Assembly (NCBI GenBank): GCA_049620845.1
Contig: JBMZPN010000001.1
Coordinates: 16,664 to 80,663 of the forward strand
Direction: 5' to 3'
Length of the DNA stretch: 64,000 bases
Source: Candidatus Puniceispirillum sp.
GTDB lineage: Bacteria; Pseudomonadota; Alphaproteobacteria; Puniceispirillales; Puniceispirillaceae
The notes beneath the pieces are model-generated. The model ran no database searches. It had not been told where the DNA came from and was given only the letters and a program-made list of their open reading frames with translations. Position 1 is the first letter of the stretch. The number at the start of each line of letters is the position of its first letter. Below are positions 28,841 through 39,380 of this stretch, piece after piece. A program made the position numbers and the translations under genes.

Positions 28841-30295
28841 ATGAATATCATGACAGCATCAGAGGCATTTCCGGATATGGATAAAAATAGTCAAAGGCGC
28901 GCGACAAAAATCGTTGCTACCATTGGCACCGTATCCTCTGATCCCGATTGTTTGCGGCAACTGATCGAAGCGGGGGTGAATGTTTTCCGTCTGAACTTCT
29001 CGCATGGCACACAGGAAGAACAAGGTGCCCGTATTGACGCGATTCGTCAGATTGAAGCCGAAACCGGCATTCCCACCTGTATATTGGCTGACATGCAGGG
29101 GCCTAAATATCGTGTTGGCGAGGTGGCTGAAGGTGTCGAGATAAAGGCTGGCGACCAGATTACCTTTGACCAAGATGAGGCGATTGGCTCGGCGACGCGC
29201 GTTGGTTTGCCGCATCCTGAAATTTTTGCCGCCATGTATCCGGGGGCGCGTTTCCTGATGGATGATGGCAAGCTCGTTCTGGTGGTCAAAAGCCTGAGCG
29301 ATGACAGTTTTATTGCCGAGGTTGTCGTTGGTGGGCCTTTGAAAAGCCGCAAGGGTGTTAATATCCCCGATATCGTTCTGGACACAAAACCGCTCACCGA
29401 AAAGGATATGTCCGATCTGGAATTTGCCCTCAGCAAAAATGTTGACTGGGTTGCCTTGTCATTTGTGCAACGCGCCAGCGATATGGTCGAAGCACGGGCG
29501 TTAATTGGCAAGCGTGCCGCGCTGATGGCGAAAATCGAAAAGCCCGCCGCCTTGAAAGAACTGGGCGCGATCATCGAAGCGTCGGATGGCATAATGGTGG
29601 CGCGTGGCGATCTAGGTGTTGAATTACCACCTGAAGATGTGCCTGCCTGGCAAAAGAAAATCATCGCGCAATGCCGGCTGGTAGGAAAGCCGGTCGTGGT
29701 TGCAACGCAAATGCTTGAATCGATGATTTCGGCACCATCACCAACGCGTGCCGAAGCGTCGGATGTTGCTGGTGCCGTGTTTGACGGTACGGATGCGGTT
29801 ATGTTGTCGGCTGAAACGGCCGCCGGCCAGTATCCCATCGAGTCGGTTGAAATCATGGCGCGCATTCTGTGTGCTGCCGAAGCGCATATCCGCGAGGATG
29901 CGGCAAGTAAATATGCCCAGTTACCTGTCGAGCCAACGGTGTATCACGCTGTTGCCCGTGCCAGTGTGGCATTGGCTGATGCTGTTGATGCCGATGTTAT
30001 GGTCGCCTTTTCAACATCGGGCAATACCGCTGTCCGGATTGCGCGTGAACGTCCGGATACGCCATTCATCGTCATGACACCGCATTTGGATGTGCAACGC
30101 AGGCTTGCTTTATTATGGGGCACGACAACAGCACATAGCGCCTATAGTCATGATTTTGAAAACGCGATTGCCGAAGCTGCCGATCTTGTGCGCGAGAAAG
30201 GTATGGGCGGCAAAGGTGGCCATATTGTTGTTGTAGCGGGTATGCCCTTTGGTATCGCAGGTACAACCAATTCGATGCGGGTTGTGCGAATCTAG
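28841..30295 (+). CDS. pyk: Pyruvate kinase
   Basis: TKIVATIG, RLNFSHG, DMQGPK, AKIEK, MVARGDLGVE, ATQMLESM, PTRAEASDV. Confidence 0.97.
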   Translation: MNIMTASEAFPDMDKNSQRRATKIVATIGTVSSDPDCLRQLIEAGVNVFRLNFSHGTQEEQGARIDAIRQIEAETGIPTCILADMQGPKYRVGEVAEGVEIKAGDQITFDQDEAIGSATRVGLPHPEIFAAMYPGARFLMDDGKLVLVVKSLSDDSFIAEVVVGGPLKSRKGVNIPDIVLDTKPLTEKDMSDLEFALSKNVDWVALSFVQRASDMVEARALIGKRAALMAKIEKPAALKELGAIIEASDGIMVARGDLGVELPPEDVPAWQKKIIAQCRLVGKPVVVATQMLESMISAPSPTRAEASDVAGAVFDGTDAVMLSAETAAGQYPIESVEIMARILCAAEAHIREDAASKYAQLPVEPTVYHAVARASVALADAVDADVMVAFSTSGNTAVRIARERPDTPFIVMTPHLDVQRRLALLWGTTTAHSAYSHDFENAIAEAADLVREKGMGGKGGHIVVVAGMPFGIAGTTNSMRVVRI

Positions 30296-30487
30296 AGCGC
30301 CAGACTGTCTGGTGTCTACTGGGCTATGTGGTGTTGGACTATGTGGTGGGGGCGATGCTGAACCGACAGTATAAAGTTGTCAGTAAGGCTTTGATCCGGC
30401 TTGCATTTCAAATTTAAATCCAGATAGGGTATGGGTGTGAAAAGATCATTCATGATTAGCGCTTAACCCAACCCTAATTTGGAGATA

Positions 30488-31447
30488 ATGATGACAACAG
30501 TCGGTTTTATCGGACTGGGAAATGTTGGCCGCAAGCTTGCTGGCAGTCTCATCCGAAATAAATTTGATGTGATCGTTCGTGATCTGGATAAAGACGTAGC
30601 ACAGCCATTTCTGGATGCTGGCGCACGCTGGGCAGATACACCCAAAGAGATGGCCGCCGCCAGTGATGTGATTATAACATGCTTGCCGTCACCAGCAGCT
30701 TGTGCCGCGGTGATGGAGGCTGAAGATGGTATTCTGGCAGGCCTGTCGGCTGGTAAAATCTGGGCCGAGATGAGCACGACAGATGAAACCGAAGTCAAAC
30801 GACTGGGCGAAAAAGTTCTGGCTACTGGCGCCTTTCCGTTGGATTGTCCGGTTTCAGGTGGATGCCATCGTGCCGCGACAGGCAATATTGCGATTTTTGC
30901 CGGTTGCGACCGGCATGTGTTTGAAAAAATTCTGCCTGTTCTAACCGTATTGGGGCGTCGCGTTCTACATACAGGCGCGCTGGGTTCGGCTTCGGTGCTC
31001 AAGGTGATGACTAATTATCTGGCCACGGCAAATCTTGTGACTGTTTGTGAAGCACTGGTGACGTCAAAAATGGCAGGTATGGATCTTAACACAACCTATG
31101 AAGCGATCCGTATTTCGTCGGGAAATTCCTTTGTCCATGAAACCGAAAGTCAGGTGATTCTGAATGGCAGTCGGGATATCAATTTCACCATGGATCTGGT
31201 GATCAAGGATATCAGCCTGTTTCAGGATATTGCCGACCGTGCTGGTGTGCCGCTCGAAATATCACCGAAACTAATTGATATTTTCAAGGATGGTCAGGAT
31301 CGCTATGGTTCGCGTGAATGGTCACCAAATATCATCAAACGGCTGGAAGAAGCGGTTGGCGTTGATATTCTGGCACCGGGCTTTCCGGCTGAAATGACCG
31401 ATGATGAACCGGAAGAAGCTGGTTATGAGGTGATTCCAAAATCATAG
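30488..31447 (+). CDS. NAD(P)-dependent beta-hydroxyacid dehydrogenase (3-hydroxyisobutyrate dehydrogenase family)
   Basis: VGFIGLGNVG, CLPSP, DCPVSGG, KVMTN. Confidence 0.9.
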   Translation: MMTTVGFIGLGNVGRKLAGSLIRNKFDVIVRDLDKDVAQPFLDAGARWADTPKEMAAASDVIITCLPSPAACAAVMEAEDGILAGLSAGKIWAEMSTTDETEVKRLGEKVLATGAFPLDCPVSGGCHRAATGNIAIFAGCDRHVFEKILPVLTVLGRRVLHTGALGSASVLKVMTNYLATANLVTVCEALVTSKMAGMDLNTTYEAIRISSGNSFVHETESQVILNGSRDINFTMDLVIKDISLFQDIADRAGVPLEISPKLIDIFKDGQDRYGSREWSPNIIKRLEEAVGVDILAPGFPAEMTDDEPEEAGYEVIPKS

Positions 31448-31495
31448 TGCTGACATTACAATCACGGCACGGCCTGACTATTACAGTGTAACTGA

Positions 31496-32047
31496 TTAGA
31501 GTGCCTGGCCTTGCAGTTCCTGCTTTAAGGCATCGATCATTTTCTGCGCATTGAGCATGAACGGATTTACCTGCAACGCGGCTTCATAGGCGTTCAGTGC
31601 GCCTTTTAAATTGCCGTTTTGCATATGAATCATGGCCAGACCTGATAAAGCGCCGAAATGGCGCGGCTCATGTTCGAGCACTTTGACGATATCGGCTTTG
31701 GAGCCTTCGTGATCCCCCATCATGTAACGTACGGTTGCGCGTTTATTCCACGCTTCGGCGAAGTCAGGTTCAATATCAATAAGACGGGAAAAAATACGTG
31801 TCGCTTCGTCAAGCTGGTTAGCTTGCATCATCTGCATGCCCAGACGCATCATGCCGGTTGCGTCAGGATTGCTGTCATGCACTGTCCATAGTGACCAGAT
31901 TTTGCTTTCGATATCCCTGGCTTTGGATGAGGTTGCTGTCTGCAGCGCCCGAAACAGGTCGTTAAGAGCAGGGTTGGTCTGATCTGCTGAAGCTGTTCCT
32001 GTCATCAATATCAGGAATAAGGGTATTATTTTTAGGTACCGCATCAT
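31496..32047 (-). CDS. Exported tetratricopeptide repeat protein
   Basis: Signal peptide, PDFAEAWNKRAT, EPRHFGALSGL. Confidence 0.88.
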   Translation of the reverse strand: MMRYLKIIPLFLILMTGTASADQTNPALNDLFRALQTATSSKARDIESKIWSLWTVHDSNPDATGMMRLGMQMMQANQLDEATRIFSRLIDIEPDFAEAWNKRATVRYMMGDHEGSKADIVKVLEHEPRHFGALSGLAMIHMQNGNLKGALNAYEAALQVNPFMLNAQKMIDALKQELQGQAL

Positions 32048-32171
32048 TGAGATATAATATTCATTCGTCACTTTCCAAGAGCCCACCACGATTTCGGGTA
32101 ATTTTCAATAACGTGCTTTGGCCAATACACTAACGCCATTAAACTGACGCGACACTGAAATGGAGTGTCGA

Positions 32172-32560
32172 ATGAAAGCTGTGCATATATTGATAGTAAG
32201 CCTGTGGCTGATGATCCTGCCATATCATGTCGGGGCGTCGAGTCTTGATGCGGTTACCAAGGCGCAATTACAGACAACGATGATTACCTTTCTGGAGGAG
32301 GCTGCTGACGATAGCGGTGCGTTTGGTGTGATTGACCGCGATACGGGTTTTCGTGTGGCGGTGTTCCTCGGGGCAATCCATCCGCGTATTGTTCCCTATG
32401 GAGCGGATTATTTTCTTTGTATCGAAATGTTTGATATCACAGGCAAAAATATGATGCTGATTTTCTGATTCGAAATGGAACCGACGGATGGATGGTTGTC
32501 GATGTCATGATGAATCAGCGTGATCTGCTGCGCAAAGCAATCGCCAATTCAGGCTCGTAA
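32172..32560 (+). pseudogene. Exported hypothetical protein with one frameshift (missing A in an A-run)
   Basis: Signal peptide; adding one A at AAAAA 32445-32449 continues ...GKKYDADFLIRNGTDGWMVVDVMMNQRDLLRKAIANSGS to TAA 32560. Confidence 0.6.
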
Positions 32561-32564
32561 CGTC

Positions 32565-32894
32565 ATGTTGTCCAAAACAGGTTGGGCAAGGATTTTTTCG
32601 CTAAACAGCCTGTTTATGCGGTTTTTTATTTTATGTGTGGCGTCGGCTGCTTTGGTTAGCTTTATTGCTGTTGTCGGATTTTATCAATATCGGTCAGTTA
32701 ATGCATCAAACCGGATGGCGGTCGAGCTTGCCAATACGGTTCATATAAGTGCGCCGCTTCTGGAAACGGCTATTGACGATAACAAGCACAGCGAAGCGCG
32801 GCGTATATTGCGTCTGCCGTGCATTTCAAATCTACCATACAAAGGGATATTGTGTGGCAAGCAAGGTTTGAGTGCCAGAAAAACCAGACCCTAG
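32565..32894 (+). pseudogene. Probable truncated N-terminus of a membrane sensor protein (kinase/cyclase-like)
   Basis: SLFMRFF-TM helix followed by a periplasmic helix (ISAPLLETAIDDN...RRILRL), then sequence that does not look protein-like; no output domain. Confidence 0.45.
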
Positions 32895-32984
32895 CCGTTT
32901 TAGGCTTGGCAGATGCGGTCAAAATTGCTGTTATCGGCGCATAGTTTGCGCTAAGGCATCTAGCCAATAAGGGTGGAGAAACCA

Positions 32985-33983
32985 ATGTCAAAATTTAATG
33001 CACTTGTTCTTAACCGTGACGAAGATGAAAATCTCAGTCACGCTGTCGAGCAACTTGATGAAGCCGCATTGCCTGCTGAAGGTGACGTGCTGATCGCTGT
33101 AGAATATTCGACGGTCAATTATAAAGATGGTCTGTGTTTTGCAGGCCAGCGTGGACTGGTGAAAAGCTATCCGCATATTCCGGGCATTGATTTTGCTGGC
33201 GAGGTTATCTCTAGTGGGGATGATCGTTACAGTGCCGGTGACAAGGTTATTCTGACAGGCTGGCGTGTTGGTGAAGTCTGGTGGGGTGGTTTTGCCCAGC
33301 GTGCCAAAGTCAAAGCAGACTGGCTGGTGCCGCTTCCCAAAGGTTTGACGACACGTGATGCCATGGCCGTTGGTACGGCAGGCCTGACGGCAATGCTGTC
33401 AATTCTGACGCTGGAAGATCGTGATCTGCAAAAGGATGATGGTGAAATTTTGCTGACCGGTGCTGGTGGCGGTGTTGGCTCGATTGCGACGGCGTTGCTG
33501 GCCGCGACAGGCTATGAGGTGACGGCGATGACAGGGCGTCCAGATATTGCCAGTTATCTGACCAGTCTTGGTGCCAGCAACATTATCGCACGTTCCGAAC
33601 TTGAAGAAGAAACAGGACGGCCACTGGAATCAGCGCGCTGGGCAGGCTGTATTGATGCTGTTGGGGGCAAGATTCTGGCACGCGTGCTGACACAGATGAA
33701 ACCAAATGCGACGGTCGCGGCGGTGGGTAATGCGGGGGGTAATGCCCTGCCGACTACGGTGATACCATTTTTGCTGCGGGGTGTCGGGCTGATCGGGATC
33801 GATTCGGCGTCATGCCCCTATGCGCGGCGCGTCAAAGCCTGGTCACGGATTGCCAGTGATCTGCCAATCGACAAGCTGAATGAGGCGGTTTCGGTTATCG
33901 GGCTGGCGGATGTGCCAAGCCATTGTGCCGACATTCTTGAAGGGCAGATTCAGGGGCGCGTTCTTGTTGATGTGAATGCCTGA
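32985..33983 (+). CDS. acuI: Acryloyl-CoA reductase (MDR, YhdH/AcuI family)
   Basis: YSTVNYKDG, PGIDFAG, GTAGLTAML, TGAGGGVGS, PFLLRGV.L.GIDS; adjacent to dddP. Confidence 0.88.
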   Translation: MSKFNALVLNRDEDENLSHAVEQLDEAALPAEGDVLIAVEYSTVNYKDGLCFAGQRGLVKSYPHIPGIDFAGEVISSGDDRYSAGDKVILTGWRVGEVWWGGFAQRAKVKADWLVPLPKGLTTRDAMAVGTAGLTAMLSILTLEDRDLQKDDGEILLTGAGGGVGSIATALLAATGYEVTAMTGRPDIASYLTSLGASNIIARSELEEETGRPLESARWAGCIDAVGGKILARVLTQMKPNATVAAVGNAGGNALPTTVIPFLLRGVGLIGIDSASCPYARRVKAWSRIASDLPIDKLNEAVSVIGLADVPSHCADILEGQIQGRVLVDVNA

Positions 33984-34072
33984 TCAGGGCGGTTTATCGG
34001 CCAGCAGAAAATGCTTGCTGTTTTTTAAAAACCGGTTCAGCGTGAGCCAATAAGCTTATGCTGGAGGGTGCT

Positions 34073-35401
34073 ATGAATCAGTTGATTGTAGGATCGAACC
34101 GCAAGATCGATCCGACAAGACGTTTGCATTTGAAACCGGATAATACGCCTGACGATAATGACCGGGTGGAAATAGGCCCAACGGCGCTGGCTTTCGAAGA
34201 ATGGGCAAAGCTGGGTCTGACCGCGCCGGACATGCCCGCATTGCGTGCCTATCGCCTTGAGCGTTTGCAAGAACAGATTCGCAAGCATGATTGCGCGGGG
34301 CTTTTGCTGTTTGATCCGTTGAATATCCGTTACGCAAGTGACACAACGAACATGCAGCTATGGACATCGCATAATATGGCGCGCGCCTGTTATGTGCCGC
34401 CCGAAGGCAAGATGGTTTTGTGGGATTTTCACAATTGCGAACATCTGTCGGCGCATTTGCCGCTGGTGGGTGAAGTACGCAGCGGTGCCAGTTTCTTTTA
34501 TTTTGAAACCGGTGACAGAACGGCGGAAGCGGCCAAAGCCTTTGCCGACCAGATGATCGGCATCATGCACCAATATGCCCCGGGCAATAAACGCCTTGCT
34601 GTCGATAAAATGGAAAATCTTGGTTATGCGGCACTTGTCGGATTAGGTGTCGAGGTGCTTGAAGGTCAGGTGCTTACCGAGCATGGGCGTTCGATCAAGA
34701 ATGAAAATGAACTGAATGCAATGCGTTGTGCGATTGCCACTTGCGAACTGGCAGTCGAAGAAATGCGCGACGTGATGCGCGCGGGCATCAGTGAAAACGA
34801 ATTATGGGCAACATTGCATGCTGGCAATATCAAGCGTGGGGGTGAATGGATCGAAACACGCATTCTGTCATCGGGCCCGCGCACCAATCCGTGGTTTCAG
34901 GAATGCGGCCCACGCATCATGCAGGATGGTGATTTGATGGCATTTGATACCGACCTTGTGGGCACTTATGGCTATTGCTGTGATATTTCGCGCACCTGGC
35001 TGGTGGGCGATGGCACGCCAAGTGATGAGCAAAAACGGCTTTATCAGGTGGCCTATGATCATATCATGACCAATATCGATCTGATCGAGGCGGGTATGGC
35101 ATTTTCCGATATGACCCGAATTGCGCACCGCCTGCCCGAAGAATATCGCGCTTTGCGATATGGTGTGCTGGCGCATGGTGTCGGGCTGTGTGATGAATAT
35201 CCGTCAGTACGCTATCCCGAAGATGTCGAGCATCATGGCTATGGCGGCTGTTTTGAAATCGGCATGACGTTATGCGTCGAAGCCTATGTCGGTGCCGAAG
35301 GTGGCCGTGATGGCGTGAAGCTGGAAGAACAGGTGCTGGTGACCGATCAGGGCGCTGTCCCTCTATCGACATACCGTTATGAGGATGCGTTTCTGGCGTG
35401 A
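34073..35401 (+). CDS. dddP: DMSP lyase DddP (M24 peptidase fold)
   Basis: RKIDPT..LKPDNTP.DNDRVEIGPT.LAF.EW N-terminus; GPRTNPWFQECG; metal ligands in DTDL, CDISR, HGVGLCDE, VEAY, KLEEQV. Confidence 0.93.
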   Translation: MNQLIVGSNRKIDPTRRLHLKPDNTPDDNDRVEIGPTALAFEEWAKLGLTAPDMPALRAYRLERLQEQIRKHDCAGLLLFDPLNIRYASDTTNMQLWTSHNMARACYVPPEGKMVLWDFHNCEHLSAHLPLVGEVRSGASFFYFETGDRTAEAAKAFADQMIGIMHQYAPGNKRLAVDKMENLGYAALVGLGVEVLEGQVLTEHGRSIKNENELNAMRCAIATCELAVEEMRDVMRAGISENELWATLHAGNIKRGGEWIETRILSSGPRTNPWFQECGPRIMQDGDLMAFDTDLVGTYGYCCDISRTWLVGDGTPSDEQKRLYQVAYDHIMTNIDLIEAGMAFSDMTRIAHRLPEEYRALRYGVLAHGVGLCDEYPSVRYPEDVEHHGYGGCFEIGMTLCVEAYVGAEGGRDGVKLEEQVLVTDQGAVPLSTYRYEDAFLA

Positions 35402-35446
35402 AGCTGAACTGCCGGTCTTTGTGACCGTTTGGCAGGCGGGATCGCG

Positions 35447-35989
35447 CTAGGACTTCTTGACGATTCCGATATGCGGCAGATTGCGGCCTTGCTGGGCAAA
35501 ATCGATGCCATAGCCAATGACGAATTCATCCGGAATATCGAACCCAACCCAGTCAATTTTGACATCGACCTCGCGCCGAGATGGTTTGTTCAACAATGTG
35601 CAGATGGCAATCGATTTTGGCTGGCGTGTCTGCAGGATTTTCAGAACCTGTGACAATGTATGGCCGGTATCGATGATGTCTTCAACGATCAGTACATCAC
35701 GACCTTTGATCGAGCCGTCCAGATCATTCAGAATGCGAACCATGCGGGATGATTCCATCTTGTCGCCATAGGATGACACGGTCATGAAATCGACCTCGAC
35801 CGGCAGATCAAGCCGGCGCACAAGATCGGCAATGAAAATGAATGACCCGCGTAATAGCCCGACAACGACAAGCTGTTTGGTGCCGCTATAGTGATCCGAG
35901 ATTATATGCGCCAGTTCATTGGTGCGTGCCGCAATCTCGGTTTCGGTAATCAGTATTTCAATTTCGTGCTGGCTGGACAATACAGTCAT
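35447..35989 (-). CDS. hpt: Hypoxanthine phosphoribosyltransferase
   Basis: [31 protein letters not shown]. Confidence 0.95.
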   Translation of the reverse strand: MTVLSSQHEIEILITETEIAARTNELAHIISDHYSGTKQLVVVGLLRGSFIFIADLVRRLDLPVEVDFMTVSSYGDKMESSRMVRILNDLDGSIKGRDVLIVEDIIDTGHTLSQVLKILQTRQPKSIAICTLLNKPSRREVDVKIDWVGFDIPDEFVIGYGIDFAQQGRNLPHIGIVKKS

Positions 35990-36123
35990 GAGGTAAACTA
36001 TTCCCACTTGATTGGATGGCCCGGAGGCGAATGCTATAGGCCAAGTATAGTCAGCATTCGCAAAATGACTAGGTTCAATTCAACGTCAACAAGAATATTT
36101 TGGAACAATCAAAGGGCATTCAA

Positions 36124-36993
36124 ATGGCAAAGGTAGCATTTCTGGGACTAGGCGTTATGGGTTTTCCCATGGCAGGCCATATCGCCGCGGCGGGACATGA
36201 CGTTACGGTCTATAACCGCACCACATCAAAAGCTGAAAACTGGGTGGCGCAACATGATGGTAAAATGGCAACGACGCCCGCTTTGGCGGTGGCTGATGCG
36301 GATTTCGTGTTTGCCTGTGTCGGCGATGATCCTGATGCGCTGGCTGTGGCGCTAGGTGATGATGGTGCTTTTGACGCCATGCGCGAAGGCGCTGTCTATA
36401 TCGACAATAGTACGGTGTCGGCTGATGTCGCACGGCAACTTGATGCGGCCGCGCGCGAACGCAATTTTTCGTCGCTTGATGCGCCTGTTTCAGGCGGACA
36501 GGCGGGCGCCGAAAATGGCAAGCTGACGGTCATGGTCGGGGGCAGCGATGACGCCTTTGCCACTGCTTTGCCGGTGATCGAATGCTATAGCGCGCGCGTT
36601 GTGCATATGGGGGCGGCGGGCAAAGGCCAGCAAGCCAAGATGGCGAATCAGATATGTATTGCCGGTCTGGTTCAGGGACTGTCCGAGGCATTGAATTTCG
36701 CGACTGAGGCTGGCCTTGATACGGATAAATTGCTGGAGGCGATTTCAGGCGGCGCGGCGCAATCATGGCAGATGGTCAATCGCGGCCATACGATGGTGGC
36801 AGATGAGTTTGATTTCGGATTTGCCGTTGACTGGATGCGCAAGGATTTGCGGATATGTATGGATGAGGCGGCGCAGAATGGTGCGCCCTTGCCGGTGACA
36901 AAAATCGTCGCCGGATATTATGACGAGCTGAGTGAAAATGGCTATGGCCGGAATGACACATCCAGCCTGATCCGGCGATTGCGCAAAAGCTAG
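36124..36993 (+). CDS. NAD(P)-dependent beta-hydroxyacid dehydrogenase family protein
   Basis: AFLGLGVMG.PMAGH, YNRT, DAPVSGG, KMANQ, WMRKDL. Confidence 0.9.
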   Translation: MAKVAFLGLGVMGFPMAGHIAAAGHDVTVYNRTTSKAENWVAQHDGKMATTPALAVADADFVFACVGDDPDALAVALGDDGAFDAMREGAVYIDNSTVSADVARQLDAAARERNFSSLDAPVSGGQAGAENGKLTVMVGGSDDAFATALPVIECYSARVVHMGAAGKGQQAKMANQICIAGLVQGLSEALNFATEAGLDTDKLLEAISGGAAQSWQMVNRGHTMVADEFDFGFAVDWMRKDLRICMDEAAQNGAPLPVTKIVAGYYDELSENGYGRNDTSSLIRRLRKS

Positions 36994-37013
36994 CTGTTAG
37001 AAAATGACGCATG

Positions 37014-37044
37014 AAAAAGGCCGGAATGATCCGGCCTTTTGTTT
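37014..37044. terminator. Bidirectional intrinsic terminator
   Basis: AAAAGGCCGGA-ATGA-TCCGGCCTTTT between convergent genes. Confidence 0.85.
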
Positions 37045-37062
37045 GCTTTTGCGATGCAGAGG

Positions 37063-38514
37063 CTAGTCACCGATGCAGAGCAATTTGATTTCCAGAAATT
37101 CATCAATCCCGTATTTTGAACCCTCGCGGCCAAGCCCCGAATTCTTGACGCCGCCAAATGGCCCCACTTCGGATGAGAAAATACCCGTATTGACTGAAAC
37201 AATGCCATATTCAAGCGCCTCGCTGACGCGGAACAGGCGGGCGGAATCTTTGGTAAAGAGATAGGCTGCCAGACCGAATTCGGTATCATTTGCGGCGGCG
37301 ATCACTTCGGCTTCGTCAGAGAATTTGAACAGGCCAGCAACAGGCCCGAAGGTTTCTTCGCTGAATAACCGCATCGAATGATCCATGTCGGTTAGCACGG
37401 TGGGGGCAAAGAAGGTGCCGCCGCGTTCATGTGGCACGCCGCCAGTTGTGACCGTTGCCCCTTTGGCGCGCGCGTCATCAATATGCGCGACGATTTTGGC
37501 AAAGCCCTGTTCGTCAATGATGGGTCCCTGTTCGACGCCAGCATCCATGCCATCACCAACTTTCATGCTGGCAACGCGTTTGGTCAGCTTTTTGGCAAAG
37601 GCATCGTAAATACCATCCTGAACAAAAATCCGGTTTGCGCAGACACAGGTCTGCCCCGCATTACGGAATTTCGACATTAAAGCCCCCTCGACAGCGTCAT
37701 CAAGATCGGCATCATCAAATACAATCAGCGGTGCGTTACCGCCTAGCTCAAGGCTCATCTTCTTGACCGTGTCGGCACATTCGCGCATCAGGATACGGCC
37801 AACCTCGGTTGATCCGGTAAAGGTCATCTTGCGGATACGCGGGTCATCGCATAGAGCCTTGCCAATAGCGGGGGCATCCATGCCGGTGACAATGTTCAAT
37901 ATGCCTGCTGGAATGCCCGCTTCATGTGCCAGCACTGCCAATGCAAGTGCCGAAAGCGGTGTCTGTTCAGCCGGTTTGAGAACGCAAGCGCATCCTGCGG
38001 CAATGCCGGGGGCGACCTTGCGGGTAATCATGGCATTGGGAAAATTCCACGGTGTTATCGCGCCAAATACGCCGATTGGCTGTTTCAATGTGAGCATACG
38101 TTTGCCCGGTATCGGGCTTTCCAGAACGTCACCGCTTATGCGGCGTGCTTCTTCGGCAAACCAGTCAATAAAGCTGGAACCATAGGCAATCTCGCCTTTG
38201 GCTTCGCTTAATGGCTTGCCCATTTCGGTGGTCAGGATCACGGCAAGATCGTCAGCATTCGCCATCGCCAGATCATACCATTTGCGCATGACCATGGCGC
38301 GATCCTTGGCGGTGCGGGCGGCCCATTCCTTTTGTGCCGGAACCGATGCATCAATCGCGGCGGTGATTTCAGCCGCGCCCAGATCTGCAACCTCGGCAAT
38401 CACATCGCCCGAAACCGGATTACGAACAGCAAAGGTTTTGCCGTCAGTCGCCGATACCCATGCGCCGTTGATATAGGCTTCGGATCGCAAAAGAGAAGGG
38501 TTTTTTAATTGCAT
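37063..38514 (-). CDS. gabD: NAD(P)-dependent succinate-semialdehyde dehydrogenase
   Basis: ITPWNFPNAMITRK, FTGSTEVG, LELGGNAP, KFRNAGQTCVCAN, EETFGP, GREGSKYG. Confidence 0.9.
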   Translation of the reverse strand: MQLKNPSLLRSEAYINGAWVSATDGKTFAVRNPVSGDVIAEVADLGAAEITAAIDASVPAQKEWAARTAKDRAMVMRKWYDLAMANADDLAVILTTEMGKPLSEAKGEIAYGSSFIDWFAEEARRISGDVLESPIPGKRMLTLKQPIGVFGAITPWNFPNAMITRKVAPGIAAGCACVLKPAEQTPLSALALAVLAHEAGIPAGILNIVTGMDAPAIGKALCDDPRIRKMTFTGSTEVGRILMRECADTVKKMSLELGGNAPLIVFDDADLDDAVEGALMSKFRNAGQTCVCANRIFVQDGIYDAFAKKLTKRVASMKVGDGMDAGVEQGPIIDEQGFAKIVAHIDDARAKGATVTTGGVPHERGGTFFAPTVLTDMDHSMRLFSEETFGPVAGLFKFSDEAEVIAAANDTEFGLAAYLFTKDSARLFRVSEALEYGIVSVNTGIFSSEVGPFGGVKNSGLGREGSKYGIDEFLEIKLLCIGD

Positions 38515-38603
38515 CGGATTGTCTCCATTATGTCTTACAGATTGGTTTGCTTTTGTTTCATACACCCAGTGCAGATGATTTGCCCATAATTATGATGTAC
38601 AAG

Positions 38604-39224
38604 TTATTCGGATTTGTTAGCAAGCGGCGGCAGTGGCCGGTAATGCATATTGTCAAAAGGCGCGCCATCACTACCAAGACGATGTGCCCGCGCGACTTCG
38701 ATATAATGATGCGCCGAGCGCTGATTGAAAGTCAGCTCTTTGTCTGTCAGATCACGCATTTTCTTGGCTGGCCGACCAGCCCATAATTCACCCGCCGGAA
38801 TGGTTTTGCCCTGTGTCAGCATTGCGCCCGCCGCCAGCATGCCGGTAGCCTCAATCGTGGCACCATCCATGACAATCGCCCCCATGCCGACAAAGCCATA
38901 ATCACCGATCGTACAGGCGTGAATAATCGCACTATGCCCGATGGTGACAAAGTTACCGATGACTGTCGGGTACTTAATGCTGTCAATGTGGACGCAACTA
39001 TTATCCTGAATATTGGTGCCTTCGCCGATGGTGATATAATTATTATCGCCGCGCACGGTGACCTGATGCCAGATACTGCTATTCTTGCCGATGCGCACGG
39101 CGCCAATGATGGCAGCGGTCGCGGCGATAAAAGCCGACGCATCAATTTCAGGCGTCAGTTCCAGAAACGAGGCTATGTAGGGCTGGCGGGTAGCGCCCGC
39201 TATATTATGGCTGTCATCGGTCAT
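38604..39224 (-). CDS. Gamma-class carbonic anhydrase family (YrdA-like) protein
   Basis: VRGDNN, TNIQDNSCVH, TIGHSAIIHAC hexapeptide repeats. Confidence 0.92.
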   Translation of the reverse strand: MTDDSHNIAGATRQPYIASFLELTPEIDASAFIAATAAIIGAVRIGKNSSIWHQVTVRGDNNYITIGEGTNIQDNSCVHIDSIKYPTVIGNFVTIGHSAIIHACTIGDYGFVGMGAIVMDGATIEATGMLAAGAMLTQGKTIPAGELWAGRPAKKMRDLTDKELTFNQRSAHHYIEVARAHRLGSDGAPFDNMHYRPLPPLANKSE

Positions 39225-39380
39225 CTATCTGATCTCTTACCTGTCTGCCACGCACGCTGATGGCAGTTCATCAATTCGGTTGCCATAATAATATACATTT
39301 TTTCATCTTAATGTTTATCGAAAATGAATTGCGGTGTATGAAGAGGTAGATTGAACTTCTCGAAACATCTGGAGGCTGAT

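Noticed and set aside
29047-29865. Long antisense ORFs (272 aa here; also 58371-59114, 52943-53572 and others)
   Set aside because: They are shadows of well-supported genes on the opposite strand, with no motifs or RBS.
30324-30348. Direct repeat CTATGTGGTG x2 downstream of pyk
   Set aside because: Only two short copies; likely a local duplication with no supportable function.
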